A stretch of 62,938 bases of DNA, the filler included, from Lenisia limosa (taxonomy: Eukaryota > Protista > Breviatea), in NCBI GenBank assembly GCA_001655205.1. It is 8 parts of 8 records of this genome, joined end to end, with 100 filler letters (N's around TTAATTAATTAA, not from the genome) between each part and the next. Parts side by side here need not be neighbours in the genome. Positions count along the whole stretch, not along the records: positions 7,333 to 36,464 come from LPNZ01002761.1; 7 more parts are not named here. One strand, written 5' to 3'. The notes beneath the pieces were generated by a model. That model searched no databases. It was given only the letters and a program-made list of their open reading frames with translations, and was not told the origin of the DNA. Both the position numbers and the translations under genes were made by a program. This document shows, piece by piece, positions 15,001 to 27,268 of the stretch. Position 1 is the first letter of the stretch, and each line of letters starts with the position of its first letter.

Positions 15001-17471
15001 ATTGTCCAACGCAATCAGAGGAAAATCAACAATTTCACGAATTTCTGAAAGTTTAAACATTTTATTGGAGAAATAGATTTTCTTGTGCCTAGTTTTTTTT
15101 AAAAACAAGTCAAACTAATAAATATATCGATATATCATATATCTCACCCCCGACCCCATGCCCCATGGGTGTATATATTGTGTNNNNNNNNNNNNNNNNN
15201 NNNNNNNNNNNNNNNNNNNNNNNNNNNNNNNNNNNCTCCCTAGTGCACACCTGTATTGAAAAAAACTAATGTTAAGCACACTTCTGCATCTAAAACTATT
15301 TTTTGTCGAATATATAATTTCAACCATTTGTCATTCAAACCATTGGTTTGAGAAAACCTTTAATTGAACCTTTAATATGATTAAATATGATCCAGGCACG
15401 TGCTTTGCTCATTATTCTCCGATGCCGTTTGGATGGCATTGCGACCTTCCGGATTGCCCTGATCCGGTGAGGGGATTTGAAACTTACGTATTGTTGATCG
15501 AGGTTTCTTTCCTATCTAAATTGTCATATTAGTGTGGAATTAAGCTTAGACTGAATCGATTGATGGTATTAAACTTGTAGATTGTTTACTCACAATTAAT
15601 ATTACTCGATGCTTCAAAATTGACTCCATTGAGGGTAAATGTTTCATTTTTCAAGTTATACAAAATATAAATATTTATATATAGCTCTATGTAGGTACAA
15701 CTAGAATTAATGTTGTCGCATGTTTCTGGAGTTGAATTATCACACTAATACTTTCGACATTTTGACGGCTTCGGTCAGTTCCCTCTTGACATCATGTATA
15801 ACGGGATTGTTCCACCAAATTATTTATATCGCTTGTACTTGATACTATAACAATCAGCCTATTGTATTCAATGATCACCAAAATATTAGATATCGATATG
15901 TATTTCTAGTTTAAATGTTAAAATAATTGTATTAATTACAGTTTTTAGAATCAGAATTGCACTGCGTTGTACTATGAGAGGGAAGGTAAAAAGTTCTTCA
16001 ATGGCTGTGACTGCATTGATAAACCTGATCGTAAGTTGACTTGATTACAATAGAATCTAGATAATAATAAGAAATTCGTTTATTTCTTAGCATGCCGTAT
16101 CGAGAAGAATGCCTGTACTGGAACCTGCCCTAATCCAGATGACGTGAGCTGGAAATTTGATAAAGATGTGATTGTGGAATGTATTAGAACTGGACTCGGT
16201 GGTGTTAGCTGAATATTCCTCGGACTACTACGGCGCATGGACTTAGGATTTCCTTGTATGACATGACAAATTTCTTCGAATTTCTATCAAATTTCATGGG
16301 ATTCCCATGTCAAATATGGTAGTTCCAACGTTTTCAAAAGTATCCCAAGTCGATGTGCCATGTATATGTTTTGTCCAATTAATCCGAAAGGACATATTAA
16401 TCAAAATTCTCAATACTCCCCAAGGTAAATGTAGATTTTTATAATTCACAAAACACTGAAATATCAACAAACAAGGAACCGACCAACACGGTGATTCATT
16501 CATGAAAATCTATTTCAAACAATCACTAAAATCACAAATTTAGCATTGTGTTGGTCACTTTGTGAACAACAGACTTGCTCATTGCACATGTTGCGAATGC
16601 GAACCACCTATTGGCCCGTGTGAAAGTTGGGCTTGGTTCTTAAATATGAACAGGATACTTGACCTATTAGTATTTTGTTTTCCCTTGTAATTTGGTTATG
16701 ATTTATCACAGTCTGTGTATGAAATATATGTATGATATAGTATATACATGTAATATACTATATAGATTTTTGAAAATTGTTAAGAATTGGAAGAAATATT
16801 TGTTTTGGATCAGGAGAGAATTGACCAGTCCGAACACAGTTATAAATAGTTCATTGAGATTTGCGTTGTTTTGCTTAGCAATATTCAAGAATCATGTATT
16901 TTACACCAAATCATATAATTTGTGAAGCTAATATGAGACTACCTCTCTTACAAGCATGATGTTGTTGACTTCTTCGGTTTGAGTTATTTTCCGTCTCATT
17001 TTTTCCTAGTTTGTCACCTCGAATTCTATAACAACCGTCCACTTTGTGTTGGTGAATGCCCCCCTGGAACCGACTGTAACCTTGTGAAGGCGAACGACAC
17101 AATGACTTGTCGTTGTGGAGGTAAGCCTCCATCAGATATCAGTGCTGTAATCCAAGCTGATTGAAAAGTGTAATAAACTTTCCTACCACATGATTGCACA
17201 TTTAGAGTGATTGTGTTATTTTGATTTGTTGATATTATAATAATGCTTTACTCGGTCTAAAAATATATTTTAGTATACTATGATATAAATACCGTTGATT
17301 TATCGAGAAATTCTGTCATTTTCTGGATCGGAGTAAACACATATCATAGCCATATGAATATGATAATCTAAATTCTTGGTAATATTTTTTGTTTTTCCCC
17401 TGCCATTTTTTGATACATTTTTCAATTTCTTACTCTTTCCAGCAATTTTCGACACTCCTGACGGAAATTAA
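12059..17471 (+). CDS. Secreted Cys-rich 6-Cys-module protein, paralog 2, complete, 12 exons, 301 aa
   Basis: Exons 12059-12113, 12752-12796, 12863-12945, 13317-13436, 14422-14521, 14817-14891, 15396-15466, 15949-16030, 16091-16143, 16544-16625, 17010-17120, 17443-17471 (906 nt). Signal peptide MLPSKFWVFLLFIVPAVFA, then six modules from QCKIVVEDGVKTCQGPCRARTDKCLPTFDDVGDLIECKC to CHLEFYNNRPLCVGECPPGTDCNLVKANDTMTCRC, ending GAIFDTPDGN*. Confidence 0.92.
13654..14309. mobile_element. Non-autonomous TIR element family 3 (~650 bp, ~55 bp TIRs with internal ccggac subrepeats); other copies ~47664-48183 and 58414-58656 (left part only)
   Basis: Left caaagctccggacatcattcaaaattcccggacacatcaaaactcccggacagcttga; the right end is its reverse complement. 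Internal sequence is near-identical among the three copies. Confidence 0.85.
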
Positions 17472-18248
17472 TTTCCCACTCTGACAGAAACTATTGGCGA
17501 TTGTTCCTATTTGACTCAAACCCCATATTCTAAACTGTTCCATTATTATGTCGTTCTATAATTGTTAATATATTGCTCTTATCAATTACCAGTTTTCAGT
17601 ATTTTATTTTAAACATGAACCAAATGATGACAGGGGTTTTGATGCTATTGTCTTTCCAAAGATTTAAGTTTCGCCTGGTTCCAACAAATATGAACTAGTC
17701 TGTAAAGTTTATGGTCTATAGTTGCTGTCATCGTACTTACAACATTACTTGCCAATCGTAGTCCCAGGAATATATTTTGCTATCATTAAATCACTAATAA
17801 TAAGTTTGTGGACAATTTGTGGATCACTTGTGGAACTTTTTAGCAATATGAGAAGAAGATATTTTTTTATTGACACTAATTCTCTGCTAATGAGTGATGC
17901 ATCCTGTAATTTGAAATGAGTGAGAACTTACCACATAAGGAAAGTTGCAGATTTCAGTCACTGCGCAAATTGCTAGAATTCGCCCCATAATATCATTCAT
18001 ATTCACATAGTCACTATTTTGAGTGATTCTGTAATAGTGATAGTATTTTAGTGAATTTAAACAAACTTCCACCGGCTAAACATCACTCCTCACTTTCCTC
18101 AAATTACTGTTCCAGATTTGAAGATTTGTTAAAAATCTTTAACTTCTCTTCTTTCTTCTCAGCTACTTCTTCCTCTTGTTAATTCCATCACAACCATCCA
18201 CAGATCAAATTAAACTGCAGAATATATCAATTTACTTGATAAATTGCA

Positions 18249-21200
18249 ATGTTTACTGCCAAGTTCTGGGTTTTCCTTTTGTTCATCATTCCAACAGTTT
18301 TTTGTAAGTGTGGATTTGGAATCTCGTTTATTCATTAACTAAATTCTCACTAAATCCTTCATTTGTAAAATTATGAAATATTACTATTTGAATGTGAAAT
18401 ACCTTCACGTGTATTGTTGACATTTGTGGTTGTTTATTTGAGGTAGAGGCTCAGACTTAGTAGTATATCGTTAAGTCATCACATTACTATGTGGCATCAA
18501 CATTTCTTCTTATATATAGTATTATTTTTGTCTAATATATAAAATAAATATTTAAGCTACAAATATAGTACATATTTTCACTAATCTTGAAGTTAATTAT
18601 AAACATTTTAACTAATCCCACAGCCGCATGTAAACTGTTTAATAAAAAAGGAGTTAAATTCTGTCAAGGTACGTAAAAAGGTTTAAGCATAAAGAATATT
18701 TTGACAATTTCCGTTTCGTAGTAAAACTGAAAACACAACACTATTTAGAATAGCATATAATATGATTCTCTATAAGATTTATCACGTATCCTCCTCATAA
18801 GAAATCACATTTTCTGGAGGTGAAATGTGAACTTTGAGTGGGTAGTATGTAATAATTAAAAATAAGAGAAATGTAAAAACTGTCTGGGTAACAATCTGTG
18901 TCTTGATTTGTTGCAATGATTGTAAAGCGGCACTTTCAATGAAAAACCACTGAATGTCTGTAGGAGGCTGTCCTGGAGGTAATGGCAAATGTGTACCTAT
19001 CTTCGATAATGTTGGCGATGTTCGAAGCTGTATATGCACGGCACCGGTGAGTGGAGTAAGAATGGGAAATACATAAATATAAACGTGGGATAGGAAATAA
19101 ACATAGTGCATATTACAACAAAAAAAGAAAAAACTAAAATAGAGAGAGAATGAGTGTGAACTCTTATGTTGTATATTCTAAGGCGCATTGACTTCAAACA
19201 CTCGTATTGTTTGAATATTACAACTTGTATAAAATGTAGAATTCTACATATGGAAATAAGTCTAAATTATATTATACTATGTACATAATAACCAGATCAG
19301 CAAATAATTGCAAATACTGGTGGTACTTAGAGCAAAGTTTTACTTAGGCAATCATAGTTGTTGCTATTCAAGTGAATCAAGAGCATCTATGGGATGAGCG
19401 ATTTTGTTTTTCCTGTAGCATTTTGTATGTATTCATATTTCATTATATGTTTCAGTTTCTTTGTATCAAAAGAGTCCCTAAAACTGACGCTCCGCAGGGT
19501 GTCGTGTGCTACCCATCCTTCAAGCAAAACTCTGGGTGGTCGTGCATGGGTGATTGTGGCAGCCCAAGCAGGGATTGTGAACCAGAATTTGGCAAGCGCT
19601 TTCTGCCAAATGGAGAGGTATGTTCGTGTTTTGTCGATTACTATTATCAATCCAATATCTCTATATGCGTGATGGTGATGACGGCTTTGGCCAGATACAT
19701 TCTTATTTTTTATTTCCCATTGCCATATATATATATGGATAGGTGCTGTAATATATTTCAAATTATAATGTATTTGAATTGGAGTATTTTGATTGTTTCA
19801 GATTACTAGTAAATACGAAATGGAGATGTACTGGTTTATTTGTCTAGATAACATACTATTTTGCTTCCCAATGTCCCACATATATAATATTCTTGATAAA
19901 TAATAATACTGTATTCTTGATAAGTCCTCTAACAAAATCGATACTCAACCGATCTTGTTCGGACTGCAAGGAAGTTTTAATTATTATTCTTGAAATGGAC
20001 AGGTCCCTCTCTTTTGTTTATCTTATGACAATTCAGGTTATCTCTTTCTTCAAGGGGTGTAAATGTACAAACGCAGAGTGTAAAATGACTCAAGCCGATA
20101 ACGGACAAAAGATTTGTGCTGGACACTGTCCAAATTGTGAGTATTTAGATAACTTTGGCTTATTTTGTTCTACAAATAATGAGGTTTGACAAGTGAGAAC
20201 GTCCAGTCGCGAACTTGTTTTTCGCGAATGTTCTTAACTAGCTCTTTCCTATGGTAGAAAAAGCAGTGGAAATATCGATATACTAATTGACGATTATTGA
20301 ATAATTCCTTAATTACTCGTAGTACGAAAGCCTTATTGATAACCCTCTGCTGCCAAGAACCTAATATTTTAGCAAGTCCCAGTAATACCGAATTCTGCGA
20401 GCCCATTTTCTCCAAAGGTCAATTGAGGGACTGCAAATGCCAAGGCGGTAGGAGGGATTAGACTGAGCGTAGCTGATTTGATATCAAGATGACATACAAA
20501 TGTAATATTTAGAGTACACCGAACTCTACTTCAACTTAATTCTTGTATAATTTTGGATATACATGTACGTGAAACATTTTTTCTCTTATAACCTAAAACT
20601 TGAGGAGATAATGAAACTAGTATCCAACATGTTGCATTGTGATGCGAAACATTCGAGTGAATTTACTAAGAACATACCAGAATCAGAAAAGGACCCCTGT
20701 AATTCCATTCCTAAACTCCTAACTATGACTACATACTTTGAAAGGGTTATGGTCCTCACTTTGGTTCCAAAATAGCAGTGTTATCGAGGATTTATCGATA
20801 CATTTAGTCGTGTTTCGAACTGATATAAAGCCCTTTTTATATGTTTTGTTAAACGCCCTCACTATTTAGGCACGTGCTTTGCGCACTATTCTCCGCTGCC
20901 TTTTGGATGGCATTGTGACTTGCAAGATTGTAACAATGACGTTTGCTTTTAGTCTTTATCTTGCTTTTAATGAAAAATAGAAACCTTAGTTTTTTATTTT
21001 ATTCTATAAAAATGACAAATTCAAAAACACTTGTTTATATCCAAATGGAAAATCACTCTTAATCAATATAACTTGTAATTGCTCCAGAGTTTATCTAATT
21101 GAAATACTCTTGTTATGGACTGAATTGAATGTAAGCAAATATTTAATTGTTTAGAAGCAGGAGTGCAAAGAGCTATACTACGTCAAAGATGGGAAAAGAG

Positions 21201-24200
21201 TCTTCAACGGCTGTGATTGTATTGACAAACCCAATAGTGAGAAAAATGAATATGTGTTACAATGTTGAGATTCATAATATAATTGGGCTAATATCTATAA
21301 TTCAAACAAAATTCTCTTACTGTGTCAGACGCAGTGTGAAGAAATAGAAGACTTAATTTACTCTATAGATTGTCGAAAAGAAAACAATATGTGTGTTGGA
21401 CAGTGCCCAAATTGTAGGTGATGAATGCATCACAGTTCCAATGGTTTCATCAAGGTTACAAAAGTAATAGCCAATGCTAACTAATCCTAAAATTTGTTAA
21501 TTAACTTATCGTAGTGAACTTTTCACGGACCAATAAATAATTCTCCAAGCTTTAACACAATTTCTATACATTTAAATTTACTTTTGCTTTCTATATTATA
21601 ATTATTAATCATAGTATATTGTTTCACATTTTATATAATTTGTATAATATATAATGTTGTTATAATGTCACGCTAATATGATCAATACATTAATGTGATA
21701 TTAAATGCTGTTTATTACAATAATTTTAGCAAGCCCCAGAAATCCTCAGTATTGTGAGGCCATTTTCTCCAATGGTCAACTACGTGACTGCCAATGCCAG
21801 GGCGGTAATGTGATATTTTTGAAAGTAGTTTATTTGATTAGTTCCAACGTTTTATTCAAATACTCGTATAAGGGCTTGATTCAGTGTTTTATTTAAACAG
21901 ATATAGGTTCCAATTTTGTAACATCATCTCACATTTTGGATCATTTTCACATACTACTCCTTGAATTATCGAAGGGATATGATACCTCATATACATAAAA
22001 ATGACAATTCCAACAAGTCACAATGATACTCTGATATATTCATTCCTTAACTTGGTCCATCATGTTGACTTGAATACCAGTCACGGTATATCGTTTTATA
22101 TCAATAGAAGATGTGGGCTAACATTTGCATGCAACATACTTGAACTAATTATGATGTCACACAAAATGCACATATCTAGAACTTTTTTGAGAACTCAAGG
22201 AATCCCTAATCACCACTTTAGGAACCTGCTTTGCCCACTACTCTAAGGAGTTGTCGGGATGGCATTGTGACTTACCGGAATGCCCAAACGGAGTATGTTA
22301 ACTTTTCAGACGAGTTTTTATTGTCATCTCAAGGCACCATCGATTTGTAATTCCCATGTGTAATTTGGTTATCCAATACATTTCTTTTGATTTTGATATC
22401 GATATATTATTACGATTGTCTTGTAAATTATGGTAATCCACCTTTTCATAAGAACACCAAGTCAAATCACGATAACGATGTTGTAGGAACAGGTTTGTAA
22501 AGAACAGTACCATGTGAAGAACGGAAAGAGGCTATTCAATGGCTGTGATTGTATTGACAAACCCAATCGTAAGTAAAAGGGAATATTTTTGGTGAAATAA
22601 ATATGTGGCCAATCTTGAAAATATTGTAAAAATGAATTTGGGTAATATTGCTATAATATACATATATTTTTATTAGAAGGCATAAGTCCCCGTGTGAGTG
22701 CGACCGCAAGTATGAGTGTGATAACAGAGCTGCCTACTTGTGACGCAAAATTCCTCTTTCGGCAAAAAATCAATAACAATTCCTAAAAAACGAGAATTTT
22801 GTATGATATATAATCATTTATATATTTTGAATTTTTATTTGTTCTTCTCTACATTCTAAAGGATCAACTTGATTTACAACTTAGCTTGTCGAAAAGAAAA
22901 CAATATGTGTGTTGGACAATGCCCAAATTGTAAGCGAGACAAATTTCAAAGTAATTACTAGATTATTCATTGGAAATAATTTCTTTAAAAATAATTTCCA
23001 CCCATCCCACACATCATATTTGGGGGGGGGGAGTTGATGGGGTTATTTGAATAAATATTGACATCAACTATTTTCAATTATGTTAAATTTCGCAATAGAA
23101 TTGACTAGGCATGGTTTGAACCTTGTCATTTACAACTTCTTCTGGACTTGATTATTCATAAACTTCCCTTCTTTATTTTTACAATTTAAATTTTGTGACA
23201 GTTTGTAGCAACTTTACTTACGTCAAAAAGAAGTACCAAATTTGGTTGTCAAACTAAGCTCTAATGCAGATTTTTCACATCATTCAATTTGTAGCAAGCC
23301 CCAGCAATCCCCAATTTTGTGAACCCATTTTCTCCGATGGCCAACTTCGGGACTGCAAGTGCCAGGGCGGTAGGCGGAATTAGTTTTGAGATAAATGATG
23401 TACATTTCACATTATTAGGGAAGCAAATAAACTTCTTTAAATTTCCATAAGATTCCCATGTAAAATATGGGAATTCCATTGTTTCACAAGAATCTTAAGT
23501 CAATGTGTGCCACAGTACTTTTTCACAAATGCGTGTTTTCTTTTGTTGATCGTGTCGGCACTTAACGGCAACTGTCTATACTGTACCTTTCAAGCTGAGA
23601 ATATTTTATGTATAAAGGCTTTTCCCTGAGCTTTAAATTATCATGAATGTAAAACTCCAATTGATGTTGTTAGGTACTTGTATTGCCCATTACTCTCAGA
23701 AGCTTGGATGGCATTGCGACTTGCCTAATTGCCCTAAGGAGGTTTGTTTATTCTATTTGAGAATAAGATAATACTTCACAGGTTGTTTTTGTAATCATGT
23801 AATTATTTATATTGCACTTCGTATTAGTGTGATAAAATATGATAACATTACAATCAACATCTAAATTTAACGATGTTAACCTACAGTGAATTATAGTCAC
23901 TAAATATTCGCAAGCATTTTACTAATATATGTACATGTATATGTACTCAACATTACGATTTTGTAAAAACGATGTAGATTCATAAGTCTATTTCATATTG
24001 TAGAACAAGGAATGTAAAGAGCTATTTCACGTGAAGAACGGGAAGAGGCTTTTCAATGGCTGTGACTGTATTGACAAACCCAATCGTAAGTAAAAGGAAA
24101 TATTATTTTGGTGAAATAGTTATGTGGCCAAGCTTGAAAATTTTATGAAAAGAGAGTTTGTGTTATATTGCTTTAATTCATATTAATATTACACTTGGGC

Positions 24201-27200
24201 ATATTATTTAAACATTTTGAATATTTATTTTGTTCTTTTCTAAATTTTAAATGTTATGTCAAGTTGATTTACAACTTAGTTTGTCGAAAAGAAAACAATA
24301 TGTGTGTTGGACAATGCCCGAATTGTAAGCGCGAAATATTTCCAATAGCACACCTCCCTCCAACCCCAGCAACATAATTGTGGCCGGTGGAAGGGGATGG
24401 TAGTTGACGGGGTTACTTGTATATATAGTGACCGGGATAAGTTTTTGTCCTAATTTCCTTGGTAAATCAGAGAGCAAATCGGTTAAGAACTATCCCGGTC
24501 ACTGTATATTGACATCATTTATTCTCCATTTATTTAAATTTCGCCATGGATCCCACTAATGATACCTTGTCTCATCTGGAACTTCTGGACTTGATTATAC
24601 ATAAAAACCCCATTAACTGAAATATGGGTGTGGGTGTTGGCAACTTTACTTATGTCAAAATGAAGTACAACAGCTCTAATGCAGATTTTCTATTTACACA
24701 AAAATTATTCTATTTCTAGCAAGCCCCAGCAATCTCCAATATTGTGAGCCCATTTTCTCCGATGGTCAACTTCGAGACTGCAAATGCCAGGGCGGTAAGG
24801 GGAATTACTTTGGGGGATTTTGTGGTTGAACACTACTTGGGCTTCTTGTGAAAATGTTGGTGTTCCCATATATTACAAGGAGATTCCATGAAATTTTATC
24901 AAAATTTGAGAAAATTCACGGGTTTTCCAAAAAAACGGGAATCCCAAGTCGATGCGCCGTAGTGAAGAGACTGTGGATATGGATATAATAAATATGAAGT
25001 AGTGGTGGTGAGTTTTCTTTGCTTTCTTACAAATGTCTGTTTTCTTTAGTTTACCGTGTAAGTATAACTGCACTTTGATACTTCAGCTTTCAATCAGAGA
25101 ATATCTTGTGTAATGTAAAACTCAAAGCTCTTGACAAAATCTTGAAATGAGTTACAGAAACAATCACCAATATTAGGTACTTGTATTGCCAATTACTCTC
25201 AGAAGCTTGGATGGCATTGCGACCTGCCTAATTGCCCTATGGAGGTTTGTTCATTCTGTTTGAGAATAAGATAATATTTCACAGGTTGTTTTTGAAACCA
25301 TGTAATTATTTATATTGCATTTCGTATTGTCTGATGATATTGTACACCATTACAATCAACGATATTCACTTTTGGTGAATTATTGTCACTAAATATTCGC
25401 AAAATCGTATAACCTATGTGAAGTCATAAGTAATCTACTCTTAATATTTCTCTACAAATTTCATGTTATATAAAATATAATAAAACATACATGTACATAC
25501 ATGTATATACCCAGCTCTATTTCATAGTGTAGAACCAGGAATGTAAAGAGTTATTTCACGTGAAGAACGGGAAGAGGCTTTTCAATGGCTGTGATTGTAT
25601 TGACAAACCCAGTCGTAGGCAAACTAAAGGAGAAGAATATTAATTCATGGGTTTAAAATACCTCTGAACTATTGCGCACTTCAAGTGATTCTTATGCTAC
25701 AATCTTAACAAAAGAAATGAAGGATATCTGTTAAATTTGGAAACTATAATACTGTTATAAATTCTCATGTTGATATGATAAACAAATTCGTTGTGGAAAA
25801 ACTATTAACGATTCGTTTAAAAGAACTTCTATGATTTTAATTGATAAAACTGAAATTATAACATGATTTATTTTAGCTTGTCGAAAAGAAAACAACATCT
25901 GTGTTGGAACTTGCCCTGATTCTGATGAGGTAAAATGGGATATATTTCCTTATTTAGTTTGTATTTTATCTGTTTAGAATTGCATTGGGCACTATCTTAA
26001 TAGCAAGCTCGACGTATGCAGATGTTGCGAATGTGATCCCCCTCCAGAACCGGGTTTGTGGCAAGTATTTATCAGAATGGGACTGTTTTTAGGGCTTTAT
26101 TTCAGTGAAAAAATATCAATGAAATAGCAGTATTGGTCGAAATGTATCGTTAACTCAGTCACTTTTGTAACTATGGAGACGCTTGAATAATAAATAATAC
26201 TATGAGACACAAATGTCTATGACAAAAGGTGCATGCTGGGGAGGCACGCAGAAAGCTGTGTGCACAGAGTTGTAAAGCAAATGCTTGGGTGAATTAATAT
26301 TATTTTATAATCCAATATCTCTTATTAGCGTGATGATTTGGACGGCTTTGGCCAGATACATCCTTATTTGTTATTTCTCATTGCTGTATATTATAAAAGT
26401 TAAAGTCCATAATTTATCCATTTATGATAACACAACAGAATATTGCCCCCAAAATATCATATGATACTCATAATTCAACTGGAAGACTTTCCTCAAACTT
26501 ATATTTTTTTCTCCTAAATCAGCCATTTACAAAAATACATAAACCAAAACTTCAGAAGAATCCCCTCCATTTCAATTTGTATTCCATATCTTTCCCTTAA
26601 ATCAACCATTTATGTTTCCCCTAATTCAACCAGAAGATTGTCATCTTGAGTTCGCCAATAGGGTACCGAAATGTGTTGGGCAGTGCCCAGGTACATCCAG
26701 ATGCAGACTCCTTTCTGGAACGGCCTTGTTTTGCGCGTGTACTGGTTAGTGTATTTAAGAAAATAGTAATGTTTGTGTCATATGGAGCGCTTCCATCTGG
26801 CCTGGATTATAATTTATACCTATAAAATATTGATATTTATTGAAGGTATTTCAATATTCAGTTGTATTTTGTCATTGACCCGAAGCGGTAATCGTGGTGT
26901 ATTTAACAGATGAAATTTCTTAATGTATCATTAAGATTCCAATCAGGACATTCCCTCCACCATATTCAATACATGTGGTCTGTGAGATGATTTCGTGTAA
27001 TTATTTAAAACATTAATTTTGAAGGAAACAAATATAACAAGACAAATTTACAACCATGGTACTAATTATTTTGATAGAATTATAGGATACCTTCCAATTA
27101 GTTTTATGAAATCAATTTTGAAATTTAAGTGTCTAAAATAGAGTTTCTTTGACTGTATTTCTCACTTCAAGTTTAATTGAATATTTCAATTAATTGCACA

Positions 27201-27268
27201 GATTTTTAAAAATTATATCTTATACGACTACGCCTCACTCTCCAGCGATTCTCCCTGGAGACTTGTAA
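18249..27268 (+). CDS. Secreted Cys-rich 6-Cys-module protein, paralog 3, complete, 24 exons, about 568 aa, four internal exon cassettes (12 modules)
   Basis: Exons 18249-18303, 18624-18668, 18964-19046, 19498-19617, 20037-20136; cassettes [20373-20447, 20870-20940, 21155-21236, 21369-21413], [21730-21804, 22222-22292, 22487-22568, 22885-22929], [23295-23369, 23674-23741, 24004-24085, 24280-24324], [24720-24794, 25177-25244, 25533-25614, 25877-25929]; then 25978-26053, 26634-26744 (NAGNAG acceptor), 27246-27268. Signal peptide MFTAKFWVFLLFIIPTVFS; ends CACTAILPGDL*. Confidence 0.9.
24426..24504. mobile_element. MITE family 5 (79 bp, TIR agtgaccgggata, TA flanks)
   Basis: tagtgaccgggataag...ctatcccggtcactg flanked by TA; absent from the homologous intron at ~23040-23065; a remnant lies at 13177-13214. 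Confidence 0.75.
26244..26395 (+). repeat. Non-TIR dispersed repeat (~150 bp); other copies 14728-14765, 19640-19740, 29105-29250(-), 46690-46744, 55075-55160, 61222-61297, start at 37344-37312(-)
   Basis: gcacgcagaaagctgtgtgcacagagttgtaa.gcaaatg.ttgggtgaattaatatt...agcgtgatggtgtggacggctttggccagataca; no inverted termini seen. Confidence 0.8.

Noticed and set aside
18843-18885. Segment spaced like the 45-nt exon but with in-frame TAA codons (VCNN*K*EKCKNCLG), hinting at TAA reassignment
   Set aside because: The real exon is at 18624-18668 (SACKLFNKKGVKFCQG), and TAA acts as the stop in RPT3 and all four Cys-rich genes, so the code looks standard.
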